This document shows, piece by piece, positions 11,361-24,574 of a stretch of DNA of 64,000 bases. Numbering within the stretch: position 1 is the stretch's first letter; each line of letters starts with the position of its first letter. The stretch lies in assembly GCA_019239445.1 (NCBI GenBank), contig JAFAZV010000085.1:1820-65819 (forward strand), written 5' to 3'. Made by a program: the position numbers and the translations under genes. Origin of the DNA: Solirubrobacterales bacterium (GTDB taxonomy: Bacteria > Actinomycetota > Thermoleophilia > Solirubrobacterales > Solirubrobacteraceae). Below the pieces are notes generated by a model. It had not been told where the DNA came from. It saw only the letters and a program-made list of their open reading frames with translations, and did not search any database.

Positions 11361-13096
11361 GTGCAGCGCTCAGAGCGCCGGCCCGACCTCGGGCCGGTCG
11401 GCGCAAGCGGCCCGGCGCGCGACATCACGCCGTTGCCCGACCTCGTGCATGGCCGCGCGAGCGCCGGTCCCGTGCGCAGCGAGCGCGCCATCTACGTCGA
11501 CCTGCTGCCTCCATGCAATGCCGCGTGTCCGGCCGGGGAGAACATCCAGGCGTGGCTGGCGCACGTCGGCGCGGGCGACGACGAGCGCGCATGGCGGACC
11601 CTCGTCGCCGACAACCCGTTCGCGGCCATCCACGGGAGGGTCTGTTACCACCCGTGCGAGACGAGCTGCAATCGCGCCAGCCTCGACAGCGCCGTCTCGA
11701 TCCATTCCGTCGAGCGCTATCTCGGCGATCTGGCGCGCGAGCGCGGATGGCGATTCGACTCTCCCGAGCGGCGCACGGGCAAGCGCGTGCTGGTGATCGG
11801 CGCGGGCCCGAGCGGACTGTCCGCGGCCTGCCACCTGGCCCGCCTCGGGCACGAGGTCGAAATCCGCGACGCAGGACAGATGCCCGGCGGGATGATGCGC
11901 TACGGGATCCCGGCCTACCGGCTGCCGCGCGACGTCCTCGACGCCGAGATCAACCGCGTGCGAGCACTTGGCGTGCGGATCACCAGCAACCACCGGGTCA
12001 CCGATCTCGAGGCCGAGCGCCACGAGGGGAACTTCGACGCCGCGTTCGTCGCCGTCGGCGCCCATTTGTCCAAGCGCGTCGAGATCCCGGCCATGGACGC
12101 GGGCACGATCGTCGATGCGGTGTCGTTCCTGCGCGGAGTGGCCTCAGGTGAGCGTCCGGAGGTCGGTCGCACGGTGGCGGTCTACGGCGGCGGCAACACG
12201 GCCATGGACGCCGCGCGGACGGCCCGGCGCCTGGGGGCGCAGGACGCACTGATCGTCTACCGCCGCACACGAGAGCAGATGCCGGCGCACGAGGAGGAGG
12301 CCGAGGACGCCGAACGCGAGGGCGTGCGGATGAACTGGCTGCGCACGATCAAGGCGTTCGAACGCCACGAGCTGCAGGTCGAGGTGATGGAGCTCGATGA
12401 ATCGGGCTTCCCGCAACCCACCGGCCGCTTCGAGACGCTGGAGGCCGACACGGTGATCCTCGCTCTGGGTCAGGAAACCGACACCGCGTTCATGCATTCG
12501 CTGCCGGGCGTCGAGTTCGAGCGCGACGGCAGCGTCAAGGTTTCCGGATCGCTGATGACCGGATGTCCGGGCGTGTTCGCCGGCGGCGACATGGTTCCGG
12601 CCGAGCGCACGGTTACGGTCGGCGTCGGTCATGGCAAGCGCGCGGCGCGCGAGATCGACGCTTGGCTGCGCGGGGTTGCGTACACGCGGGTGCCGAAGCA
12701 CCCGCTGGCGAGCTTCGAGATGCTCAACCTGTGGTTCTTCGGCGACGCGCTGCGGCGGGCGCAGCCCGAGCTCGAACCCCACCAGCGCGTCGGCGACTTC
12801 GTTGAGGTGGTGGGCGCGCTGCCCTCGGACGACGCGACGTTCGAGGCGGGGCGTTGCCTGTCCTGCGGTAACTGCTGCGAGTGCGACGGGTGCCTCGGCG
12901 CGTGTCCCGAGGACGCGATCATCAAGCTGGGCCCGGGTCACCGGTACCGCTTCGACTATGACCGCTGCACGGGCTGCCGGGTCTGCTACGAGCAGTGTCC
13001 GGTGCACTCGATCGAGATGCTCCCTGAAGGCGCTGAGCCGCCCCCGGAGACGTGGGTGGCGCCGCCTGAATGGGGCGGGATCACCGTGGAGCAGCA

Positions 13097-13100
<4 letters not shown>
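11361..13100 (+). CDS. GltD/PreT-like NAD(P)H-dependent FAD/Fe-S oxidoreductase with C-terminal 2x[4Fe-4S]
   Basis: CNAACPAG, CYHPCETSC, GAGPSG, GGGNTAMD, YRR, CCECDGCLGACP, CTGCRVCYEQCP. Confidence 0.9.
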
Positions 13101-16677
<3,577 letters not shown>

Positions 16678-16681
<4 letters not shown>

Positions 16682-17691
16682 TCGAGCTCACCACCGACTA
16701 CATGGGCCTGCGGCTGCGCAACCCCCTCGTGGCTTCCGCCTCGCCGCTGTCCTACACGCTCGCCGGGGTGCGGCGCCTCGCAGAAGCCGGCGTGGGCGCG
16801 ATCGTCCTCTACTCGCTGTTCGAGGAGCAGCTGCGCGAGCAAGCGATGCACGACGCGAAGCTGATCGACGGCCCGGCCGACAGCTTCCCGGAGGCGCTGG
16901 ACTACTTCCCCGAAGTCGTCGACGAGGACGCCAGCCCGCACGCGTACCTGAAGCTGATCGAGCGCGCGGCCGCCGCCGTGGACGTCCCGGTGATCGCGAG
17001 CATCAACGGCGCCACGCCAGAGGGCTGGACCGGCTACGCGCGGTCGATGCAGGAGGCGGGTGCGGCGGCGATCGAACTCAACATCTATTACCTGCCTGGC
17101 GACCCCGCGACGTCGGGCCGCGACGTCGAACAGCGCCACCTCGAGGTGCTGAGGCTGGTCAAGGAGGCAGTGACGGTGCCGGTGGCGGTCAAGCTCTCGC
17201 CCTACTTCAGTTCGATCGGTGAGCTCGCGCTGCGCCTCGACGAGGCGGGCGCCGATGCGCTGGTGCTGTTCAACCGCTTCCTGCAGCCCGACATCGATCC
17301 CGAGGCGCTGGCCGTGGTGGCCGACATCGGCCTCTCCAACCCGCGGGATGCGCGCCTGCCGCGGACGTGGATCGCTCTGCTGCGCGGGCGCCTACGCGCC
17401 TCGCTCGCGGCCACCACCGGGGTTGAGACGGCGGCGGACGTGGCCAAGTACCTGCTCGCCGGCGCCGACGTCGTGATGAGCGCCTCGGCGCTGCTCAGAC
17501 ACGGGCCGCAGCATGCACTCACGTTGCTCGACGGGCTGGAAACCTGGATGCGGCGTCACCGCTTCCACTCGGTAGACGAGGTCCGCGGGCTGCTGGCGGT
17601 GCCGCCCGATACAGATCAGGCCGCGCACGAGCGCGCCGGCTACGTGATTGCGCTGCGGGCGGCCAATGCCGGCAGCTACAGCCTCAGCTGA
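16678..17691 (+). CDS. dihydroorotate-dehydrogenase-like FMN protein (catalytic Cys absent)
   Basis: LRNPLVASASP, PVIASING, ELNIYYLP (in place of ELNxSCP), VKLSP, LFNRF. ATGA overlap with nifJ. Confidence 0.85.
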
Positions 17692-17697
17692 GCGCTC

Positions 17698-18525
17698 TCA
17701 ACCGGCCCGTGACGCGGCCGCGGCCAGGCGGCGCTCCGCGAGCAGATCGCGGTCGACGTCGTCGAGCGAGGTGACGACCAGATCGGCGCCCGCCTCGGTC
17801 AGCAGGTCGACGTCATTGGCACGGGCGATGCCGAGTCCGGCCATGTCGCCGGCCTTCGCGGCCTGGATGCCAGACACCGCGTCTTCGACCACGAAGCACT
17901 CGGCCGGAGGAAGCCCGAGCTCGCTCGCAGCGGTGAGGAAGATCTCCGGATGCGGCTTGCCCTGCTTGAAGTCGCGCCCGGAGATGTCGGCGTCGACCGT
18001 TCCGAGCAACGTCTGTTCGGGAGCAACGAAGTCGTAGTACAGGTCGTGCTCGGCGACGAAGGTGTCGAGCCGCACCTTGCCCAGGAGCAGGTCAGCGTTC
18101 TTCGACGAAGAGGCCGTGGCGATCTTGATCCCCGCCTGGCGCAGGTCGAGCAGGAAGCGCAGCGCGTCCGGGAACGCGGTGAAGCGGCCCTGTTCGATCA
18201 GCTCGACCACCATCCGCTGCTTCTCCTCGGCGTAGGCGTCAACGTGCTCCGGGTCGACGGGGAGGCCGAAGTATTCGAGCGCCGCCCGCGCGCCCGCCAT
18301 TCGCGGCTTGCCGGCCACGAGCTCCTGGTAGACCGCGGAGGTGAAGCGATCCGGCGCCCAGCTCGCCTGCGCCCGTAGCGAGCTCCAGCGCGTCTGCATG
18401 AACTCCTGCAGCGTCTCCCGCCAGGCCAGCTCGTGCGGAGAGTCGACGAGCACGCCGTCGACGTCGAAGATCGCACCCTGGAAGCCGATGGCGGGAGGCG
18501 TGGCGCGCTGCTGCTCGTCAGGCAC
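17698..18525 (-). CDS. HAD hydrolase, beta-phosphoglucomutase-like
   Basis: FDVDGVL, SSSKNA, KPHPE, VEDA; directly downstream of GH65. Confidence 0.85.
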   Translation of the reverse strand: MPDEQQRATPPAIGFQGAIFDVDGVLVDSPHELAWRETLQEFMQTRWSSLRAQASWAPDRFTSAVYQELVAGKPRMAGARAALEYFGLPVDPEHVDAYAEEKQRMVVELIEQGRFTAFPDALRFLLDLRQAGIKIATASSSKNADLLLGKVRLDTFVAEHDLYYDFVAPEQTLLGTVDADISGRDFKQGKPHPEIFLTAASELGLPPAECFVVEDAVSGIQAAKAGDMAGLGIARANDVDLLTEAGADLVVTSLDDVDRDLLAERRLAAAASRAG

Positions 18526-18528
18526 GAC

Positions 18529-20991
18529 TCACCCTCTCGCCGGGGCTTGCGCGACCATAAAACTGGCTTCCTCGCCCCATCCGAGCTCGCGGACCTCTCC
18601 GCCGACCCCGACCCGGATCGGGCCGCTGTAGCCGTCAGCCAGCACCTCGACGCTCAGCGTGCCCGAGTGAAGCCGGATCGCGATCGGCGTACGACGGAAC
18701 TGCATCTGTACCTCGAGGCCGTCCAGCCGCCCGGCCAGCCGGGAGTCGCTCAGACGCGGGTTGAAGCACAGTGTGTCGTCCCGAATCTCGGTCCCGAGGT
18801 AAGCCCGCTGCACGAGGTCGAGCGTACCCGCCATCACGCCGAGGTGAATCCCTTCTTTGGTGGTCCCGCCCTGGATGTCGCCGATGTCGCTCTCGAGCGC
18901 GACCAGGAACCGCTCCCAAGACTGCTCCGGGTCGATTCCGGCTAGGACGCCCGCATGGGTGACGAAGCTGAGCGTCGAGCCGTGCGACGTGCGCGCGTCG
19001 TAGTACTCGATCGTCCGCAGTGCGAGGTCGTCGCCGTACTCGTAGCCAAGCTGCGTGAACAGGCGCCGGAGCTCGTCCTCGGAGAACAGGAAGAACAGCA
19101 TCACGGTGTCGGCCTGCTTGGCGAGCTTGAAGCGATCGGGATCCTCGCCTTCGGCGCGCAGGATCCGGTCGAGGCGCTGGATGTTGCCGTGCTTGACCCG
19201 ATAGGCATCCCAGTCGAGCTCCTCGAGCTGCTCGTAGCCTTCGAACTGGCTGATGATGCCGTCGGCGTGGAAGGGGACGAACATCCGGCGGCTGATCTCG
19301 CGCCAGCGCTCGATCTCGGCGTCGCCCAAGCCCATGTGCGCGCGCAGCACCGAGCGGCGGCTGGCCGGAAGCAGCTCGAGCACCTTCTGCGCCGTCTCGC
19401 AGATCCAGGCCACCATCACGTTCGTGTAGGCGTTGTTGCGCAAGCCGCCCTGGCTGGCGCCCGGGTACTTCTCATGGAACTCGTCCGGACCCATCACGCC
19501 GTGGATCTCCCAGCGCCCGCGGTCGGGATTCAAGTGCGCGAGAGAGGACCAGAAGCGGGCGATCTCGAGCATCATCTCAGCGCCGTGGTCGCGCAGGAAG
19601 TCGAGGTCGTGCGTGACCTGGCAGTAGTGCCAGACGTTGTAGAAGATGGCCGCGTTGACGTGGCGCTGGTTGTGGCTGAAGTCGCGGTCCCAGCGCCCGG
19701 ACAGCGGGTTGAGGTGGATCACCTGCGTCTCCTCCTCCCCGTCGCTCCCGCTCTGCCACGGGTACATCGCGCCCTTCAAACCCGCGGCGGCGGCCGCGGC
19801 GCGCGCCTCACCGAGCCGGCGGTAGCGGTACATGAGCAGCGAACGGGTGATCTCGGGCAGGCGGAAGTTCAGGAACGGATAGACGTAGAGCTCATCCCAG
19901 AACACGTGGCCGCGGTAGGCCTCGCCGTTGAGCCCCCGCGCGGGCACGCCGGCGTCGTGATGCGAGGTGAGGCGCGAGCACGTCTGCAGCACGTGCGAGA
20001 TGTGCAGGCGGAGCAGGAACTGAACCCGCGGCTCGCTCGGCAGCCGCACATCGCACACGCCCCAGAGCTCATCCCACGCGTGCGCGTGCCCGGTGAACGC
20101 CTCGGCGAAAGTGGGGTAGCGCGCGGCGCTCTTGCCGGCGTTGGACAGCGGCTCGGTGATCGCGCGGTCGCGCGAGGTGTAGAGCGCGGCCATCTTCTCC
20201 ACCGTGACCGCCTCGCCTCGGTCGACCTCGAAGGCCAGCGTCTGGTGGACGTAGTCGTCGCTTTGCTGGGTGCCGCGGGCCACCGCCACCTCGGCGCCCT
20301 CCCGGTAGACACGCGTGCGTGCCGCCTGGGCGATCTCGATCTTCGATTGCCGCGTGCGTGCCTTGAGCGCGATCACGTCGGGCGGATAGATGCGCGGCCC
20401 CTCGGGATTCAGGTGGCGCCCCTCGAGTTGCCGGTAGCGCGCGACGCCGCGGTTGACGACGCGTCCATCCAGCGAGGAGATGACCTCGACGGTTCCTGAC
20501 CAGTTCTCCGGCACGAGCTCCCAGGCCACGGCCGACTGATGCATCCGGCCCATGCTCACGAAGCGCCGGCTGGTCAGGCCGGTCACGCGGCCGGCCCGGT
20601 CGCGAAAGCGCAGCTCGCGGGTGAGGAGCGCGTGGCGGATGTCGTAGGCGTGGCGGTAGCCGAGCAGCTCGATGTTGGCGAACCGAATCGGCTCATCGCC
20701 TTCGATCAGCAGCGACAGCGAGGAGCTGTTCGGCAGGTTGACCAGGTCCTCGTTGGGCACCGGATGCCCGGCCAGGATCGTGGTCAGGCGGTTGTAGATG
20801 CCGTGGGCGTACGTGCCCGGGTAGTGGACCTCCCCCGGGTCCTCCCATTCCGCCGCGCCGCGGATGCAGAAGTAACCATTGCCGGAGGAGGTGAGCGCTT
20901 CGCGGAGCCCCTCCTCAAGGGGGTCGAACTCGTCGTAGACGAGCATGAACTCGCCGGCCAGGTCCCTATGTCCGTCGGTGCTCGCGCTCAC
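18529..20991 (-). CDS. glycoside hydrolase family 65 (trehalose/maltose-type phosphorylase)
   Basis: GNGYFCIRG, ARGLNGEAYRGHVFWDE, catalytic GPDEFH, KQAD, HGSTLS. Confidence 0.93.
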   Translation of the reverse strand: MSASTDGHRDLAGEFMLVYDEFDPLEEGLREALTSSGNGYFCIRGAAEWEDPGEVHYPGTYAHGIYNRLTTILAGHPVPNEDLVNLPNSSSLSLLIEGDEPIRFANIELLGYRHAYDIRHALLTRELRFRDRAGRVTGLTSRRFVSMGRMHQSAVAWELVPENWSGTVEVISSLDGRVVNRGVARYRQLEGRHLNPEGPRIYPPDVIALKARTRQSKIEIAQAARTRVYREGAEVAVARGTQQSDDYVHQTLAFEVDRGEAVTVEKMAALYTSRDRAITEPLSNAGKSAARYPTFAEAFTGHAHAWDELWGVCDVRLPSEPRVQFLLRLHISHVLQTCSRLTSHHDAGVPARGLNGEAYRGHVFWDELYVYPFLNFRLPEITRSLLMYRYRRLGEARAAAAAAGLKGAMYPWQSGSDGEEETQVIHLNPLSGRWDRDFSHNQRHVNAAIFYNVWHYCQVTHDLDFLRDHGAEMMLEIARFWSSLAHLNPDRGRWEIHGVMGPDEFHEKYPGASQGGLRNNAYTNVMVAWICETAQKVLELLPASRRSVLRAHMGLGDAEIERWREISRRMFVPFHADGIISQFEGYEQLEELDWDAYRVKHGNIQRLDRILRAEGEDPDRFKLAKQADTVMLFFLFSEDELRRLFTQLGYEYGDDLALRTIEYYDARTSHGSTLSFVTHAGVLAGIDPEQSWERFLVALESDIGDIQGGTTKEGIHLGVMAGTLDLVQRAYLGTEIRDDTLCFNPRLSDSRLAGRLDGLEVQMQFRRTPIAIRLHSGTLSVEVLADGYSGPIRVGVGGEVRELGWGEEASFMVAQAPARG

Positions 20992-21812
20992 CGCGCCAGA
21001 CCATCCAGGAACTGCTCGACCTCTTGCACGTCGGACAGAAGGTATTGCGCAGCAGTGCTGCGACCGGCCACCTCAGGGTCGGCGGGATCGGCGACGAGGA
21101 TGCCGATGCCGCGTCCGCTCAGGGCTCGGAATGCATCTTCATCGGTTATGTCGTCGCCGATGTAGATCGGCAGGACATCCTCGCGGTCGAGCTCAAGCGC
21201 CTCGAGCAGATACAGCACGGCCCGCCCCTTGTCCCATTCCAGCTTGGGCTGGAGCTCGTAGACCATCTTGCCGGGCGTCACCCGCAACCGCTCGGGATGG
21301 TCCGCCAAGACGCCGTCGACCATAGCTTTGATCTGGGGACGCCGCGGCTCGGGGACGAGCCGGTAGTGCAGCGCGACTGAGCTGCGCTTCGGCTCGATGA
21401 GGGCTCCCTCGACCGAGCCCACCTCGTCGCGAAGCCGCGTTGTCAGCTCGGTCAGCAGCTCGGCGAAGTCGCCGCCCTCCTCGCGCTCTATCGTCCCGCC
21501 GTTCGGCGCCCAGATGTCGAAGCCGTGACTGCCGGCGACGATCAGATCGTCGACGCCCATCAGCTGCTGAACGACCGGGCGGTCGCGCCCGCTGACCACG
21601 CACACCGGAAAGCGGCAGGCAAGAGCTTGCACGACGTCGCGCATACGCTCGGAGATGATCGCGTCCTCGGGGCGGTCGACGATCGGGGTGAGCGTCCCGT
21701 CGTAGTCGAGGAACACAGCGGACCGGCGCGAACGCGTCTGCTCGGCGAGAGCGTCGGCGTCCCGCAGCGCATGGGGTAGGCCGGCAATGCCTGAGCGAGC
21801 GGTCGATGTCAT
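20988..21812 (-). CDS. otsB: trehalose-6-phosphate phosphatase
   Basis: FLDYDGTL, VSGR, GSHG, HYR, WDKG, GDDITDEDAF. Start ATG 21812. Confidence 0.92.
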   Translation of the reverse strand: MTSTARSGIAGLPHALRDADALAEQTRSRRSAVFLDYDGTLTPIVDRPEDAIISERMRDVVQALACRFPVCVVSGRDRPVVQQLMGVDDLIVAGSHGFDIWAPNGGTIEREEGGDFAELLTELTTRLRDEVGSVEGALIEPKRSSVALHYRLVPEPRRPQIKAMVDGVLADHPERLRVTPGKMVYELQPKLEWDKGRAVLYLLEALELDREDVLPIYIGDDITDEDAFRALSGRGIGILVADPADPEVAGRSTAAQYLLSDVQEVEQFLDGLAR

Positions 21813-21908
21813 CCTGTCGGGTCCCTCCGGCGGCGCAGGTTGACAGGCCGGCGTCCCGCGAACGAGCGGGAGAGACCGAAACCGGCTGCGCACAAAACGC
21901 CGTCGCGG

Positions 21909-21926
21909 CTGCGGAGTTGTACGGAT
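21909..21926. promoter_or_regulatory. putative 18-bp regulator box between divergent otsB and adhE
   Basis: CTGCGGAG-TT-GTACGGAT. Confidence 0.5.
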
Positions 21927-21962
21927 GGCCGCACCCTATCCGGCTGCGACTCTGGCCGGCAG

Positions 21963-24554
21963 ATGGCGCTCGCGATCGAAGATCAGGCCGCCGCGCGCGG
22001 AGGCGAATGGGCAGCGCGGCTCGACGGCTTCGTCGCTCGGGCTCGAGACGCCGCCGCCGCGCTGCGCGAGCTCGATCAGGAGGCGGTCGATCGCATCGTC
22101 TGGGCGATGACGGTGGCCGGTCTCGAGCACGCGGTCGACCTCGCCGAGCTGGCGATGCAGGACCTGCAGTTTGGAGTGCTGGAGGACAAGGTGCTGAAGA
22201 ACTACATCGCCACCGAGTTCCTCTACGACTACCTGAAGGACAAGCGCTCCGTCGGCGTGATCGATGAGGATCGCGAGCGCGCGATCCAGTACGTGGCTGA
22301 GCCGATCGGCGTCGTGTTGGCGCTGCTGCCGATTACGAACCCGACCTCGACCGCGCTGTTCAAGTCGATCGTGTGCGCGAAGACGCGCAACGCCCTGATC
22401 ATGCGCCCGTCCGCGCGCGCCGCCCGCTGCGCGAGCCGCACGGCGGAGATCCTCCAGGAAGCGGGCGAGGCCGCGGGGCTGCCGGCGGGAGCGCTGCAGG
22501 TGATCCCCGACCCGACGCTCGACGTCTCGCAGTACCTGTTCCACCATCCCGGCGTCGACTTCATCTGGACGACCGGTGGACCGAAGGCCGTCGCCGCCGC
22601 CAACGCCGCGGGCAAGCCATGCCTGAGCGTCGGCTCTGGCAACGCGCCGGTCTACGTGCACCGCAGCGCCGACATCCCGATGGCGGTAGTCGACATCCTG
22701 GTCTCCAAGACGTTCGACTCCTCGGTGATCTGCCCCGCCGAGCAGACGTGCGTGATTGACGCAGAGATCTACGACGCGGTGCTCGCCGAATTTCGGCGTA
22801 TGGGCGCGCGGGTGCTGAGCGAGGAGCAGACGGCGGCACTGGCGGAGCGCTCGTTCGACGGCGACGGCAAGGTCCAGCTCGAGGTGCTCGGGCAGTCGTG
22901 CGCCAACCTCGCCGCGCTCGCCGGCTTCGAGGCCGAGGCGAGCGACAAGGTGCTGCTGGCGCCGCTGCCGTCGGAGCTCGAGGCGCTGGGAGCTCACCCG
23001 TTCATTGCCGAGAAGCTCATGCCCGTGCTCGGGATCGTGCGCTCGCCCAGCGTCGAGCACGCGATCGAGGCCTGCGAGCTGGTCACCGATCACGCCGGTC
23101 TCGGACACACGTCGGCGATCTACGCGAACGACGACGACGTGATCGAGCGCTTCTCCCTCGCCATCCGCACCGGGCGGATCCTCGTCAACGCGCCCACCGC
23201 GGTCGGCGCGCTCGGCGGCGTCTACAACTCGATGACGCCGACCTTTTCGCTCGGGTGCGGTACCTGGGGCGGCTCGAACACGACGGACAACATCAACTAC
23301 CGCAACCTGCTCAACGTCAAGGCGGTCTCGCGGCGCCAAACGCCGCCGCAGTGGTTCCGCGTCCCGTCCGACACGTACTTCAACCCGGGCGCGCTGGCGA
23401 ACCTGAGAGAGGTCCGCGCCGCGCACCCGATGATCGTCACCGACGGCCCGACCGAGGCGCGCGGCGTCGCCGACCAGGTGCGCGAGCACCTGAACGCGCA
23501 CGCTCTGCACGTGTTCTCAGGCGTCGAGCCCGAGCCGGCCGAGGAGCAGATCCGCGCCGGCGTTGCGGAGCTGAAGCGCGTGCGCGCGGACGCGATCATC
23601 GCGGTCGGGGGCGGATCGGTGATGGATGCCGCGAAGGCGATGCGCCTGTTCTACGAAGGTCCGGAGGTGACGGTGCGCGAACTGTCGCTGCCGTTCCTCG
23701 ACGCGCGCAAGCGAATCGCGAGCTTCCCGAACGTCAAGCACGAGCTCGGGCTGGTGGCGATCCCGACCACCGCGGGCACTGGCTCGGAGGTCTCCCCGGC
23801 GGCGGTGATCAGCGTCGGCCGGCGCAAGGTGACGCTGGTCGACTACTCGCTCGTGCCCGACATGGCGATCGTCGACCCGCTGCTGACGCTGACCATGCCG
23901 CGCGAGATCACCGCCGACACCGGCATCGACGCCCTCACCCACGCGCTGGAGGCAGTGGTCTCGATCTTCGCCTCGCCTTTCACCGACGCGTTCTGCTTCC
24001 AGGCCGCGCACCTGATCCTCGACGCGCTGCCGCGCGCCTACCGCCAGGGGGACGACGTCGAGGCGCGCACGGCTATGGCCAACGCGGCGACGATCGCCGG
24101 GCTGGCGTTCTCGAACGCGTTCGTCGGCGTGAATCACGCGCTGGCGCACGCCGTGGGGGCGCACTTCGGCATCGCCCACGGCCGTGCCAACGCGATCTTC
24201 CTTCCCCACGTACTGCGATACAACGCCTCGCTGCCGAGCAAGTTCATGCCCGCGCCGGGCTACTCGGCGTACGTTGCGCCCGACAAGTACGCGCAGATCG
24301 CATGGGTTCTGGGCCTCGGCGGCAAGACCGAGGCTGAGCGTCGCCGTCGGCTGTTCGCGCGCGTCGAGCAGCTCCTCGAAGAGGTCGATGAGCCTCGCTC
24401 GCTCATGGCGGCCGGCGTCCCGCGCGAGGAATTCGAAGCGGCTCTGCCGGAGCTCGCTCGGTTGGCGTTCGCCGACCCGAGCATCCGCACGAACCCGCGC
24501 ATCCCGCTCGTGCGCGAGCTCGTCGAGCTCTTGCAGCAGGCCTACGACGGCTGA
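21963..24554 (+). CDS. adhE: bifunctional acylating aldehyde/alcohol dehydrogenase
   Basis: PITNPTST, catalytic ICPAEQ, LGCGTWGG, GGGSVMD, PTTAGTGSE, Fe ligands DALTH, NHALAH, HGRANA. Confidence 0.95.
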   Translation: MALAIEDQAAARGGEWAARLDGFVARARDAAAALRELDQEAVDRIVWAMTVAGLEHAVDLAELAMQDLQFGVLEDKVLKNYIATEFLYDYLKDKRSVGVIDEDRERAIQYVAEPIGVVLALLPITNPTSTALFKSIVCAKTRNALIMRPSARAARCASRTAEILQEAGEAAGLPAGALQVIPDPTLDVSQYLFHHPGVDFIWTTGGPKAVAAANAAGKPCLSVGSGNAPVYVHRSADIPMAVVDILVSKTFDSSVICPAEQTCVIDAEIYDAVLAEFRRMGARVLSEEQTAALAERSFDGDGKVQLEVLGQSCANLAALAGFEAEASDKVLLAPLPSELEALGAHPFIAEKLMPVLGIVRSPSVEHAIEACELVTDHAGLGHTSAIYANDDDVIERFSLAIRTGRILVNAPTAVGALGGVYNSMTPTFSLGCGTWGGSNTTDNINYRNLLNVKAVSRRQTPPQWFRVPSDTYFNPGALANLREVRAAHPMIVTDGPTEARGVADQVREHLNAHALHVFSGVEPEPAEEQIRAGVAELKRVRADAIIAVGGGSVMDAAKAMRLFYEGPEVTVRELSLPFLDARKRIASFPNVKHELGLVAIPTTAGTGSEVSPAAVISVGRRKVTLVDYSLVPDMAIVDPLLTLTMPREITADTGIDALTHALEAVVSIFASPFTDAFCFQAAHLILDALPRAYRQGDDVEARTAMANAATIAGLAFSNAFVGVNHALAHAVGAHFGIAHGRANAIFLPHVLRYNASLPSKFMPAPGYSAYVAPDKYAQIAWVLGLGGKTEAERRRRLFARVEQLLEEVDEPRSLMAAGVPREEFEAALPELARLAFADPSIRTNPRIPLVRELVELLQQAYDG

Positions 24555-24574
24555 GGCGTGCCCGAGGGCGTCGG

